In this document: piece after piece, positions 37,210-50,542 of the stretch
How the letters are laid out: each line of letters begins with the position of its first letter
Position numbering within the stretch: the stretch's first letter is position 1
Assembly: GCA_963693365.1 (NCBI GenBank)
Contig: CAVNZM010000009.1
Span: 8,537,408-8,601,407 of the forward strand
DNA from: Amoebidium appalachense
Taxonomy: Eukaryota; Protista; Ichthyosporea
DNA length: 64,000 nt
Direction: 5' to 3'
Translations under genes and position numbers: made by a program
Notes under the pieces: generated by a model
Told to the model about the DNA's origin: nothing
Seen by the model: only the letters and a program-made list of their open reading frames with translations
The model's database searches: none

Positions 37210-40200
37210 GGGGGGGAGGGGGGGGGGGGGGGGAAGGGGAAGGGGAGAGGGACGGGGGGCCCCGGGGGGGGGGGGGGGGGCACCACCACCACCACCACCA
37301 CCACCACCACACACACAGCACCACACAGGATCACCACCACCACAAAAAAGAAAAAAAAAAGTGCAGCGGGGCGGGGGAGGGGGGGGGGGAGGGGGCCCAT
37401 TGCGCTATTGACTGTACAAGAATTCATTACTAAAGACTAAGATAAAAAGTCGCACGGAACCTGATAAAATGAACCAATATGTTCTTCCGCTGCATACCAC
37501 AAAAAATGAACCAATAAAGGTTGCATAAATAGGACAAAGGTCTGATGGCGGACCGAACCAGAATCACGAATGGCATGTTGCCACCCGCGCTGGCCGCGGA
37601 TGAACCAATCCTGGGCCTTGATCCGAAACCTGGGGGCTATATAACAAAGCCGTCCCAGTACGGGGATCACATCAGTGAAGTCTGAGACAGACTGAGTCGG
37701 CCCATAGTAAAAGCAACCTGGCCGCGTGTGCCTTTCTACCCGTTCTCTGTTTTATTTTGATTCAGTTGTACTCTGCCTTATCCAACTAGTCCACTACCTT
37801 GCGACCGGAGGACATTGCCAACTGTTTACAGGCGCGCGCAAAGAACTGCATCCCAACAAGATCATCCACAAGAATCCCATGGCCGATCACAATCCTTACC
37901 CCGATGATAGGCACCCCGTCCGTAGAAATAAACCGAATGAAGCCAGCCCAAAGGAAGAAAAAGAGTAAAACTTCTCAGAACATCAAAAATGTGAAGAAAA
38001 GCACACGAAACAACGAATAGCGGAACAAACGAATAAAGAATTGCTAACGAAGCAATGAACCAACGAAAAATGAACCATCACGAATACACAATGAAATAAA
38101 GAATTAACGACAAACGAATGCATAGAGGAAATACGAAATGAATGCAACACGAAAACAAAACGAAGTAACGAAGTTATGAAACGACAAAAAACGAAAAACG
38201 AAAGCAAAATGAAATGGAAATACGAAAATGAAAGAACGAATGCACAACACTGCTTGGGTTGCAATGCACACAGCCCCCTCTATGTTAGGAAGAAAATAAA
38301 ACCGTTGCCCTTGCGTGCATTGCGCTATTACACACTGTCATCGTGTCCATGCCACCGCATGCACGTCCACACTCGCAAGCCAGATGCACGGCCACTTTCA
38401 GCACGAATGCATTTAAAGAAGAAGATAGTCGCTGTCCTATAGCATGTAGGAGATAAGGTGTGTGAAAGTAGTTTGATGCATGCTTCGAATTTCTTCTGTT
38501 GTCGAATACAGCATGCCCCATAGTTTAGCGCACAGGATGCACAACATGCGCATGAACGTATGCATGCCTAAACACATTACGAACATATGCCTCATGTATG
38601 GCCCTTCCTGGTGCCATGCCCCAACAATGCACTCTGGTGACAGAAGGCATGTAATAAAGTCGATGCAGAACTTTTGTTCGTGCATGCGAAACAAGAAGTG
38701 TGGGGTACGAATTTACAGGTAACTGCCAGTGTGTGGCAATACTGTACAAATACTATAACATACGAACTATGCTGTAAAGCCTGGAATACCCGCATGCAAA
38801 ATAAAATTGCTGCCGGCACACCCCCACCAGAATAAAGAAAACAAAAGAATGTGGTATGGGCACCGTTCCCTCACAACCCCAGCATACAGTGTCAGTATTT
38901 TGGTGGAAGCCTTTCAGTTTCGAATTACGAATACCCTCCTTCACTACTGAAGAAAGTGACGTGGAAGACGAATACGAATACGAATGCAAGGTGTTGTTGA
39001 CTAACACATCGCACCATCATGTGTACCTAGGCCCTGGTACGGAGGTGACCATGTTATTCCCTTGCAATATGATGACACTGTAACAATTTAGCACGTGCAT
39101 ACCCCACCAATGGGCACATGCGGGAGACAACCCCACAAGCTGCCTTATTGGGCACCTCTGCTAAAACGAATATTCTTCTCACGAAGGAACAGAAGAATGC
39201 CACGAACATGAACCACACACTCCCCAGGCAGCTACTTACGTCTGATATATGAAAGTAGTAGGTGTGTGAAGGTAACCCGATGAACACCAACACGAAAGAA
39301 AGCACAGCACAAAGCGAAAGACAACCGAGAACCACCAACCACGCCGCCCAACCACACACAGACCAAAGCCCAAACCCACACACCAGCAGCACACAGCCCC
39401 CGCCCCCCCAGACCCCCCCCCCCCCCCCACCCCCCCCCGCACGGCGAGACCCCGGGACACAAGAGACGGCCGCGGGACCAGAGGCCACACGCCGGAGAAC
39501 CCCCCGCAGACAAGAGGCCGAGAGGGCCCCGACCCGAGAGAAGAACGAAGCGCCACGAAGGCCAAAAGAAAGGCGACCGTGACGACGAGGCCAAGCCCCA
39601 GAAGAATGAATGCCTGGAATCCCCCGCCAACGAATCGCTGGCCAGGGAACGAAACTGCCCGAAGGAAGCAGGCGAAGAAGTGCTTTGCCTACCCTCTTCA
39701 AAAGAACCGGGACCACGGGAACATGTCACCCAACGAAGAACACAAGGCACCCCAGCTCCGAAGCAGAAAGAAAGTCCGGGACCGCCCGAGAAGGCGGGAA
39801 GCACCACCACACGAGCACAAGGACAAACAACGGGCAACCCACCCGCTGCCGCACGGGCACCAGCCACAAACAGACCAAACACAGACCGAAGCCAAACCAT
39901 AACAAGATCGATTGGCCATTCGGTAGCCGTAGGTATTAAGCACGACAGTTAGCAGATCAGCAAGCACACACACCTGTGTTCAGCACCCACTTTACAGCTA
40001 TATTTTCTTTTTCCCCCCCACTCCTCCGCCGCAGCCCCCGAAAAGCGCGGCCCGCCCCGCCCCCCGCGGCACCCGCGCCGACCCGCGCGACCCCGCCCAG
40101 GCGACCCGCCCGCGGCCACGCGCCCCAGCGGCCACCACCACGGACCCGGACCCGCCGCAGTCCCCCCCCCCGAAATCCCCCCCGCCCCGCCCCCCGCAGA

Positions 40201-41190
40201 GACCGGCCGCCCCCCCCCCGCCCAGCACCCAGATGCTGCGCCGCGCCCCCCCGCGACCCCCCCGCCCCCCCCGCGCCCCCGCCCCGGGAGGCCCGGCCCG
40301 CCGACGACCCGCCCGCCGGCCCCCCCAGGGAGAACCCCAGCCGCCCCCCCCCCCGCGGAGCCGACCGCCCCCCCCCCCCCAGAGGTCAGCGGGGACGACG
40401 GCGCGAGACCGCCAGGACACCCGCCCCGCATCACGCCCGCCGCCGCCCCCCCCCCCGGACACCCCCCCGCCCCGCCACGGCCCAGGCCCCCCGGCCCCAG
40501 GACCCCCACCCGCCGCGCCCGCGCCGCCGGCCCCAGCGGGGGGCCCCCCCAAAAAAAAAAAAAAAAAGAACCCCGAGGCATAAGGGCAGGAGAAGGAGGG
40601 GGGGGAAGGGGAGGGGGGGGGGGGGGGGGGGGGGAAGGGGGGGCGCCACAACCAGAGCCGGGGGAGTCGGCCGCACAAAAAGGAAGGGAGGTGGGGTTCA
40701 GGCTGGGGTTGTTGCGGCTGCAGCAGTGGCCCCCTGTGCCCATGTATGTATATACCTGTGGACCTCACATATATAAGGAGATGTAGTTAATAAGTTTATT
40801 ATTTAATTCTAGGGTTTTATTTGTGGAAATTATTGACATAAATATTTTTCTGGGTAAACACGTAGGATGGGTGTTCGGTACCAACATAACCATGTAGGCT
40901 TCATTTCGTGTTTTAGCAGTTAGGGTTGGCTGCCCGCACACGGGCACCTATTAGCCAGTCAAAACATCAGATACCACAGATCACTAGACCGAGTTATGAT
41001 TGGCTCGGATCAGATTTCACATATCACTAGATCGATTTTTGATTGGCTCAGATCGGTAGGCTTAGGTATATAAGCACGACAGTTTTTAGCAGATCAGCAA
41101 GCTACAAACACATCTTCTGTGTTTAGCATCCACAGCCTTACAGCTATATATTCCTTTTCATTCTCCCTATCTTTCCCTACGCCGGTCAGC

Positions 41191-42360
41191 ATGCCGCCGA
41201 AAAAGCGCCAGGCCTCAGCCGCCGCCCCTGCCGCGGCACCTAAGCGCCTGACCCGCAGCGACCTCCGCCACAGGCTGACCAACGCTCCCGCGGACACTGA
41301 CGCGCCTCCAGCGGCCCATACCACCACGGACCCGGACCCGCCGGCTACTCTCCCCTCCACTCCTGAAGTCCCCCCTCAGGCCCCGCCGTCCCCGCAGATG
41401 ACTTCTCAAGACGCCGTCCTGGCCGCCCTCACCGCCATCAGCACCCAGATGGCTGGCGTCCTGGCTGCTCTCACCAACCGCGACCCTCCCGCGCCCCCCG
41501 CCGCGCCCTCCACACCCGGGGAGGTTTCCCCGGGGCTGCATCTCGGCCCTGACCTAGACCTACCTGCCCTGCCCGCGCCCCCCATCACAGGTGAGAACAC
41601 TGGCGACATTCAGCCGGGCACACTCCCGCTTCCCCCCGCGGATGTGCTGGCAGATTTGCGCGCCAATCGTTTCGTCGACCTGTATAAGTTCACCCCCGCC
41701 GCCCTCCTGGCCCCATCCAAGAAAGGTCAGCATCTGCGCATGGCCGACGACGGCAGCATCGAGACTTTTCGCCAAGACAAACCCGTTCCCCTGCGTTCAC
41801 TCGTCATTTGGATCCAAGCTTGGACCCATTACATGGCCGCCAAGCACCACCTCGGCCTCCCCACGGACAAAGACGTACTTTGGACTCAGCACATCACTCG
41901 CCTCAGCACCCGATACCCGTGGGCCCAGATCCACAACTATGACGTATACGCCCGCACCGTTGCCCACCAGCAGGGTCGGGCTCCGATCGAGTGTCCCAAC
42001 CTGCTCGCCCAACTCCACCAGGATCTCCTCCTGCCACCCACTCTGCTCATCCCGGACGCATGTCAGCGCTGTGGCTTCCCCGACCACCCCAGCGCAGCCT
42101 GCCCCATGTACCCCAAGCCCGGCTGTGGTCTTGACGGCTTTAAGCCGCCCCACAAGCCCGGCGGGGGTCAAACCCCTAACCGCCCTGGCCCGCAACCCGG
42201 CCCGGCAAAACCGGCCCGACCCGTGGATCTACCCGCGACGCACTGCAGGAATTTCCACATTAACGGTCGGTCCTGCGCTAAGCAGCCCTGCCCCTTCTCC
42301 CACGTGTGCCCGCTCTGCTCCGGCACACACCCCCGCAAAGACTGCAAGCACAATGCCTAG
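41191..42360 (+). CDS. Gag-like ORF1 of Ngaro copy 2
   Basis: ATG at 41191 (MPPKKRQ), C-terminal Cys/His fingers, nearly identical to copy 1. Confidence 0.9.
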   Translation: MPPKKRQASAAAPAAAPKRLTRSDLRHRLTNAPADTDAPPAAHTTTDPDPPATLPSTPEVPPQAPPSPQMTSQDAVLAALTAISTQMAGVLAALTNRDPPAPPAAPSTPGEVSPGLHLGPDLDLPALPAPPITGENTGDIQPGTLPLPPADVLADLRANRFVDLYKFTPAALLAPSKKGQHLRMADDGSIETFRQDKPVPLRSLVIWIQAWTHYMAAKHHLGLPTDKDVLWTQHITRLSTRYPWAQIHNYDVYARTVAHQQGRAPIECPNLLAQLHQDLLLPPTLLIPDACQRCGFPDHPSAACPMYPKPGCGLDGFKPPHKPGGGQTPNRPGPQPGPAKPARPVDLPATHCRNFHINGRSCAKQPCPFSHVCPLCSGTHPRKDCKHNA

Positions 42361-42639
42361 TCTTCGCGCACACCCACACACACAGCTAGAACATAGGGGT
42401 TAGGAGCTAGGACACACGAGTACAGGGAAACGGAGCTCGGGAGAACGGGCCAATAGGGCTGAGTACAAAATTTCGCAGGCCAACTACGGCGCCCGCGCGC
42501 GTCAAGAATAAATGTCCCTACACAAAGACGTTTATTCTGGCCACTGCACATAATTTTACTCCCCCCCCCCATCCCACGAGCCTCCCCCCCCCCCTTACAC
42601 TCACCTAGCACTCCCTCCCCCCCCCCTTCTTCTACCTCT

Positions 42640-42754
42640 GTGTCCGCCCACACCCCCGCGTGCTCGGGCACATTCCCCTGCACAGGGCCCCGCTGCCCTC
42701 CCTGCCCACCCTCACTTGGGCCCAGCTGCCCTACTCTAACCCCCCGGGGCCCTG

Positions 42755-42798
<44 letters not shown>

Positions 42799-44482
42799 CT
42801 GCCGGGATCTCCCCAAGGGTACACCACCCTTGCTAACCACCCCCTTCCCCCGAGGCTCAGACCCGGAGGCCCGCCCGCTGCCCCAGCACCACATTGACAC
42901 CTCCCGCCTCCGGGAACTGCTGGCCTCCTACCCGGACCAACCATTCGCCGCACAACTCCTCCACGATGTCGAATTCGGCGTCGACATCGGCTATCGCGGC
43001 CCCTCCACCTCTCGGGTGGGCCCCAACCTACCCACCACCCCGGAGGCAGCTGCCGCTATCACGGTGGATATTGCCAAAGAAGTCGCCCTCGGCCACCTGC
43101 GCGGCCCCCTCTCCCCGGCCCAATTCTTTGACGAATTTCCGGTCCACCGCTCCTCCTCCATCGGCGCCGTTACCAAGAAAGGGAACCCCCCCAAGTACCG
43201 TCGAATCCACCACCTCTCCTGGCCCCGGGGTAGCAGTGTCAATGACAGCATCACCTACCCCGACGAACTTCAGTACATTCGCGCCCGGGATGTCACCCAA
43301 CTCATTCTCGACGCAGGCCCCGGCTGCTACATGGCCGTGGCAGATGTGCAGGCTGCCTTCCGGCACATGCCCATCCGACCGGAAGACCACCACTTAATGG
43401 CATTCAAATGGCAAGGGCATTTTTACGTTGAAACCAGACTGCCCTTCGGCCTGAAATCTAGCCCAGCCATCTGGGAACGGATCGCGGCCACCCTACAGTG
43501 GCTGGCACACCAGCACGGTATTACCCTCATCCGCCACTACGTAGACGACTGGATTATAGTCGCCCCCACACAAGAGCAGTGCCAACGTCACCTATCCACC
43601 TTCCTGCAACTCTGCCGAGAGCTGCACATTGCCATCTCCGAAGACAAGATGCGGGGCCCGGCTACCCGTGTCGTCTTCATCGGTATCGAATTCGACTCCA
43701 TCGCCATGGAGGCACGAATCCCGGCTTCCAAGCTCTCGGACCTACTCGACCTCACTTCCCACCCAAAGCCCACCATCACCATTCGGGACCTCCAGTCCCT
43801 CCTCGGCAAACTCACCTGGTGTGCCCAGCTGGTTCCCCCCGGGAGGGCCTTCTCCCAGCGCCTATGGGCCCTTCTCCGGACCCACCCACACCTTGCCGGC
43901 CACCACCACATACGACTGACTGCTGCCGCCCGGGCCGACATAGCCGAATGGCACCAGTTCCTCACATCATGGAATGGGGTGCACCTCATCACACCCCCCA
44001 CATACACCACCCTGGCCACTGATGCTGCCGGATCGGTGGGTCTAGGAGGCCACTGGCTCGACCAATGGTTCTTCATGCCCTGGTCCCCCTCCACCCAAGC
44101 CCTCTATGCTCATGAGGGTAAACTCGGTTCTTCCGTCATCGAACTCCTGGCCATCGCAGCCGCCGTGGCCCTCTGGGCCCCCTCCTGGTCCACCCACCAT
44201 GTCCGTATTTTATGCGACAACACGGGTGCTGTGTCTGACCTGCACTCCCGGTCTTCCCCCCACCCCGTGATGGCCAAACTTATTCGGTTCATCACCCGCA
44301 TGGAAATGCAATACCAATTTACGTTACAGGCATCCTACCTACCAGGACCCCTCAACCATCTGGCCGATGCCATTTCTCGTAACCAACTTCCCCGGGCCCG
44401 ACGACTCCGACCTTCCCTGCAACCGGAGCCCTGCCCCTTCCCCTCCTGGGTCCACGAGTTCCTATCCCTTCCCTTGGGCTAA
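42640..44482 (+). CDS. RT/RNase H of Ngaro copy 2 (start uncertain; an extra C near 42840 relative to copy 1)
   Basis: Continuous ORF 42830-44482 with LPFG, YVDD, TDAAG, IELLAI, CDN and ADAISR. Confidence 0.92.
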
Positions 44483-45566
44483 CCCCCCCCCCCCCCCCCC
44501 CCCAGATCTCCCGTTCCGGAGCAACACTGGCAGATTGGCCCCCCACTTTGCTCCGGCCGAGCTGCTTCGAGCCACCACTACCCTGCAGGAATGCCAGGCC
44601 CTGAGTCTCAACCTCGACTCTCGGGCCTTTTACTCCCGGGTGCAAAAAGTGTTCATCGATTTCTGTGTGGCATCTCGGCTGCAATCCTCCTCCGGGTCCT
44701 CCCTCCCGGCCTCCCCACACACCGTGCAACTTTTTCTCGCCTGGTGTGCCCAACGAGGGGTACAGGCCTCTTCCTTAACCGGCTACAATTCGGCCATCAC
44801 TAGGCTCCACCTCGACATGGGCCTCCCTGCTCCCTACCCCCACGACAAGTCTCTGGCCTGGTTCCTACGGGGGGTGGGCCGATGGCAGCTTTCTCACAAC
44901 ATCCGACCCCGCTCATCCACCAGGGAACCCCTCCTCCCCTCCCACCTCCGCCTACTCCATGGCCAGTGCCCCACCAAGGCCTCCTCGGCCAATCTCCGGC
45001 TATGGACGGCCCTCATCGTCGGTTTCTGTGGTCTCCTCCGTTCAGGGGAATTTACCTCCAAGACCCTGACTTCTTTCGACCCGTCCCGTCACGTTAAACG
45101 GAAGGACGTGACCTTCAGCTACACCCCCACCGGTACTTTGTCCCATGCCACCCTCCACCTGCCAACCTCTAAGACGGATGTACAGGCCCGAGGTGTCAAC
45201 GTCACCCTAGCTGCCCTGCCCCTCACCCACTTCTCCCCAGCCCATCTCCTCCGGCAGTTCCTGGATACAACGTCCGGTCAACCCGACGACCCCCTCTTCA
45301 GTCTCGGTGGCATCCCCTACACCAAGAGTGCTTTCTCTGCCGATTTCCGTGCCCTCCTCTCCCGGGCAGGCCTCTCACCCTCCCGGTTTGCCGGACACAG
45401 CCTCCGCATCGGGGGGGCCACAGCACTGGCTGAGGCCGGGGTCGACGACTCCCGGATCAAACAACTCGGCCGGTGGTCCTCCGACTGCTTCCTGATCTAT
45501 ACCCGACTTCGTCCGGCCTCCATTGCTGCCACCACCACACGTGTATTCGCCTCTATTCTTAAGTGA
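44367..45566 (+). CDS. Tyrosine recombinase of Ngaro copy 2
   Basis: 399 aa overlapping the end of pol; R (LLRSGE), K (SKTD), HxxR (HSLR), GRW and Y (LIYTR). Confidence 0.93.
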   Translation: MPFLVTNFPGPDDSDLPCNRSPAPSPPGSTSSYPFPWANPPPPPPPDLPFRSNTGRLAPHFAPAELLRATTTLQECQALSLNLDSRAFYSRVQKVFIDFCVASRLQSSSGSSLPASPHTVQLFLAWCAQRGVQASSLTGYNSAITRLHLDMGLPAPYPHDKSLAWFLRGVGRWQLSHNIRPRSSTREPLLPSHLRLLHGQCPTKASSANLRLWTALIVGFCGLLRSGEFTSKTLTSFDPSRHVKRKDVTFSYTPTGTLSHATLHLPTSKTDVQARGVNVTLAALPLTHFSPAHLLRQFLDTTSGQPDDPLFSLGGIPYTKSAFSADFRALLSRAGLSPSRFAGHSLRIGGATALAEAGVDDSRIKQLGRWSSDCFLIYTRLRPASIAATTTRVFASILK

Positions 45567-46831
45567 AACCTTTGGAGCAAGCATACTGCTCTCGTGCCGT
45601 GGTTTACAACCATTGCAGGTTCACTTTCGTCCAAGGGGATGTCCCCCTAGAGGCAACACACGTCCCGGAGTAGTTTTCATAGAGGTTTTATTTGTGGAAA
45701 TTATTGACATAAATATTTTTCTGGGTAAACACGTAGGATGGGTGTTCGGTACCAACATAACCATGTAGGCTTCATTTCGTGTTTTAGCAGTTAGCGGTTG
45801 GCTGCCCGCACACGGGCACCTATTAGCCAGTCAAAACATCAGATACCACACACAGATCACTAGACCGAGTTATGATTGGCTCGGATCAGATTTCACATAT
45901 CACTAGATCGATTTTTGATTGGCTCAGATCGGTAGGCTTAGGTATATAAGCACGACAGTTTTTAGCAGATCAGCAAGCTACAAACACATCTTCTGTGTTT
46001 AGCATCCACAGCCTTACAGCTATATATTCCTTTTCACCCACCCACCTACACCCACACACAACCCCCATTGATCCACACATACGTGCTGTTTTTTCACGGG
46101 GCGAAGACTTCCCCCGTTTTTTTGGGCACATGGACCTCACGGATCAATAAATTGATGACTGGGGGCTTGCCGTGGTTTACAACCATTGCAGGTTCACTTT
46201 CGTCCAAGGGGATGTCCCCCTAGAGGCAACACACGTCCCGGAGTAGTTTTCATAGACCTTTAAAAAATAAGGGTAAGGACCTTTAGAGCCATTGTTTCGG
46301 TAGTAAAAGAAGAAAAAGGGAATTAGGACCATGACATCGATTTTTGACCATAAGGGAACAATATCCGAAAAAGGCTAAAAGGAAATCACCAGTGCAAACA
46401 TAAATAAGGACCGTTATTAACACACCTCTACAAACTGGGTTCATATCCTGCATAATATATATTAATATACCAGAAAAGAAAAAAAGCAGGCACCTAAAAT
46501 CATACCATTTAAAAATATTAAAGAACTAGGTGTATCGATTCGCTATCATCGGATCACGACCTGCGCAATATTAGACCTGCCAAAAAGGATCAACTTTGCA
46601 ACAATTGTAGACCGCTGGAACACATTAGTATGCTCATAATCAACCTGAATAGCCTGAGAAACTCAAAACATTGAACCGCTAAAATAGCAATCACAAATAT
46701 GCTTTCCAGAAAGGAAAAAACATAATCAATAAATAAATCAACAGATATATATAAAGTACACGGCGCCACATAAATAATAAAGTTTGTTTCGATGTACTGA
46801 TTAGCATCCAAACCACAAACAAACACACCAC

Positions 46832-48364
46832 CTATGAGTGCACCAAGAACCGCAATTCCTGAGACAACATCTGGATAGACTGGTGGTCGTATTGGTATTC
46901 CATAACCATATTCCACGACATCGCATCCTCCGCCGCCATGTATTTCGCATTTTCCTGTCCATCCTTGTGCAAATTCCCGCTGAAACTATGAATCGCTCCA
47001 TTCACGTTTGTGTTCCCGAGCGTGTGAAAGTTGGGCACGCTGCTGGAATGAGCGATGTTTCCTGCCACATGTTGTGGGAGGGAAATCGCCGTAATCTCGT
47101 ACTCCGACATGGATTCACGCATGTCGACACCCAAACCCTCGCCCGGTGGGGAATGTTCCAGAACCGTTGTCTCCGTTTCCATAGCAACCGTTCCCAGGGC
47201 TGCGATCAACGTCTCCTCCCATTCGCCGCCAAGCTGGTGAAAATCTACCTGATTGGTCTCCGGGAACGAATGTGATGGGACGTAGGTCACTGCGAGAATC
47301 TTGTCAAGCAACATATTGTGGTCCATTTGTTCTTGGTCGTGTTTTGATGTCTCAAACGAGTCAATCAGCAGGCGCAAATCGGAAATATCCGTCGGGCCGG
47401 AAATGGTTGCACGCCTCCGCTCTTGCTGCGATCGCAAAACCTGATTGGATAGAGCCACATTGGGAAAACCGCCGGCTTGGGCTGGGTAATCGCCACTGCT
47501 CCTACGAGAGGGTGTGCCACCCAGGCTGCTGTTGCTGTTGGAGCCTAAACTCCTGAAACTTCCCTGGAAATTTCCGATCTGATAATCAGGATTAGTGTCC
47601 TGCACCGTCATTAACCTCTGCAGTAACTCGTTCAGATTCACATCCGCCCTGTTCTCCTTCGTGCTCGACTTACTATCGACCGTAGCCCAATGGCCATACG
47701 TGATTGGCCCAGAACCCTGCGACTCCGACGGCCTTAAAGTCGACGTAGAGTTGCGCCTTAAGACAGGCTCGTGTGCCTTCGCGTTGTCCGAATATTCCGC
47801 GTCCGTCTCCATATGCATCGGAGCAATGCTATGGTAGCTCTTAAACTGCCCATCGTGTCCGTCAAACGACGCGGGTGGCCCGGAACTCGCACGTTTTCTC
47901 CCGATCCGGGTCGAGCGAGCGGCGTGCGCGAGTTCAATCTCTGCCAAGGTTTTCGGTTCCGTCCCCGTTTTTGGTACTATAGGTAGGGTGGGTAGGGTGG
48001 GGGGTATGGCTGGGAGGCTGGGTGCAAGGGGGGAGGGGCCCTTTTCGCTCCGTGTAGAGTCCTGACTGCCGACACGAGCAGGCATGCTGTTTGAACGGTT
48101 GCGGCGAGATTTGGTTGTTGACGCTTTGCCTCCCACTGTGTATTGGACGAAAAATGTCAGTGACCGGGGGGAAGGGGTGGAGGGGAGGTGGTGGTGGTGG
48201 TGGTGGGGGAAAGGAGGGGGGGGGGCAGGGAGGTAGGTTTGTTGGACAGAATAACAGTACAAAGATATGTGACAGAAAAGCGTACACAGATATGCAACAA
48301 TGGGCACGTGAAGAATGCAAAAGTCGTGCAAGGGGTGGGGTAGGGTGTGTGTGAGTGTTGGGGG

Positions 48365-48396
<32 letters not shown>

Positions 48397-50542
48397 AGAG
48401 AGGGGGGGGGGGGGAGGGGGGGGGAGGGGGAGAGGGGAGGAGAGACGAATGGGAAACGGGACAGAGGGCGCAGAGGTCCAGGGTAGGGGGGACAGCACAT
48501 GGCTGCGTTTTTTATTTTATTTTATTTTATTTATTTTTTTTATTTTTTATTTTTTTTTATTTATTTATTTTTTGGGTGGGGGGGGGGGGGGGGGGGGGGG
48601 GGCTCAATATGTGAAGGACGGGATGGGCCGGGGGACGTGCCTACGGGTGGGCGAATTACTTAATACGTACGCTATGCTTGCACACCCCCTCGCAATGTGC
48701 ATGCATTGTACACATGCATGCACGCTCGCACGGACACACGTGCGCGCGCGCGCACACACACACACACAGACATCCTTGCCTCCAAATAGCACAGTCATTG
48801 CCATCCACCCATTCCCCATCCTCCCCCCGCATCCCCTTACCCACGTCCCCTGCCCCACGCGCACCTCCCTCTCTCCCTCCCACACACATATTCATCCTTT
48901 TCCCGGACAATACAGCCCCCTGTATCATGTACTTTCCAACGACACACCAGTGCATTAACCAAACTACCCATCCACAAATATACGTATAGACGCACAAAAG
49001 AAGGGTAGGGGGTGCGGCGGGGGTCGGGTGGCCGGCAAAAGGTACTGGTGCCTTACGTTACCCCAAAGGGAAGGCCGTGGCCTAAAGGGGGGGGGAATGG
49101 GGGGGGGGAACCGAAGAAAAGTGGTATGCACACTGTAGAGGCGGCTAGAGGCAGGAAACACGTATGATATTTGTGGTCTTTGTTACCATTGAGCACCCCA
49201 AGATCACAAAAATAGCCAACAAACATATTCTCGGGTATATATGTTTGCCATGTTCAAGAGCACTATCCCACTCAGAGTCGCTGCATTCAGCCCATCCTGC
49301 ACACCAAAGGAATTGCCATCGCCACCCATTGCAAACCAACCCACCTGTTTTTGATTTCGGTGTGGATGGAGTTTCTGGCGTTGAATTTCCAGACCCCCCC
49401 GTCTCGATTTTATCCTTCTGGAGCAGTAAGTCCTTGACGCTCACACTGGTCGCATCTCCCCCTGCTTGAGAATGCTTGAGCCGCACATGCTGTGTGTTTC
49501 AGGGAATAGTAAATGTGAGCGATGTGCTGGATGGAAAGTGCCACATGATCTGTGTGGGTGTGTATGTGTGCCTGTGCCTCGCTGGCATGTGCTTGTCAGC
49601 CTATTATCGAAGTACTTTCGGTCATTGAGTTGCATACACAATGAGTACAATGCACGATTCTTGCCCTTGCGGTGTTTTGCGGAATTGGTTGTGAACATGT
49701 ACACCGTGAGAAAACTTGCTAACGGCTGAAAAAAGAGTGTTTGGGCACGGGGCAAAAATAAAGGAGAACGGAGGAGAGGAAAGTAAGTCGGACTTGCTGA
49801 TGCTTTCTGAAAAAGGAAACGAGAGATATAAGGCTAGTGAATGATAGTGCATCAATAGCAAGGTGTGCAGTTACATGTGTTGGTAGGGGGGAGGGGGAAG
49901 GGGCGGGGACGAAAGGGGGGGGGGGGGGGTAGCCCAACCTGTTGAAGTGCGTGTTTTGATGCATAGACACGGCCACAGCTGTCAAACGGACACAGAACGT
50001 CACGTTTTAGCTCTGAAAAGGTCCGCCGCCTTCGTATCTTCCGCCTGGGATAAGGAACAAATTCAAGGTCAGATGGGGAAAACCTAAGACACTGCTGCCA
50101 TATTTGGAAGAATGTGTCTTTAAGAACCCTTTCTCTGGGCCAGGTAAACATTACTATTTTTCTGGTGCCACACACTCGTTATCTGGTAGCGCATTCTTTC
50201 CAGGAAAAAGAGAGAGAGAGGAAGAACAGGTGAGTTCCTGCACACACCCCGAACTTCACCTGCTGGTTCAGCTGGTGGTTACTGCTATGACAAGAAAAGT
50301 AAAACCCTACTAATAAACTCATTCAATAGGAATTAAGTATTGTTACAGCCACTCGATCGCTAAATTACATGCGCAGGCAACCCAAAACTTTATAGTGAAA
50401 TTATTATAGTGACCTACCCTTCTTCGGTCTGGCTGTCGTTGTAGTTAGTTTCTAACTCATTGCCAACCGAATCTTGCCTCTGTGTCAGGCTGGGCACCTC
50501 TCCACGCCCGTTAACGTGCTCCATGGCCAGTCCCCCCTCCAT
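46832..50542 (-). CDS. Host C2H2 zinc-finger protein, probable transcription factor; predicted exons 50542-50418, 50083-49939, 49489-49345, 48135-46832
   Basis: GT-AG junctions join in frame and rebuild a split finger CPFDSCGRVYASKHALQQ|HVRLKH preceded by basic RRKIRRRRT; long Ser-rich final exon. The start codon and possible extra exons are uncertain. Confidence 0.78.

Larger units (their letters stand above)
40813..46256 (+). mobile_element. Ngaro-type tyrosine-recombinase retrotransposon, copy 2 (near-intact)
   Basis: A1 40813-41160, ORFs, B1 45595-45683, A2 45684-46036, spacer, B2 46168-46256. The A1-ORFs-B1-A2-B2 split-direct-repeat layout, no TSD and no methyltransferase domain fit Ngaro. 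Confidence 0.95.

Noticed and set aside
37437-39200. Short ORFs and a CGAA-rich stretch as a gene
   Set aside because: No motif recognised and no consistent exon chain could be built.
39200-40740. GC-rich ORFs of 220-266 aa and an apparent extra Ngaro 5' end
   Set aside because: 39900-40500 is a garbled, T-depleted echo of Ngaro A1 and the gag start (AGCACGACAGTTAGCAGATCAGCAAGC, ACCACCACGGACCCGGACCCGCCG). It is most likely poor consensus, so the ORFs are not credible.
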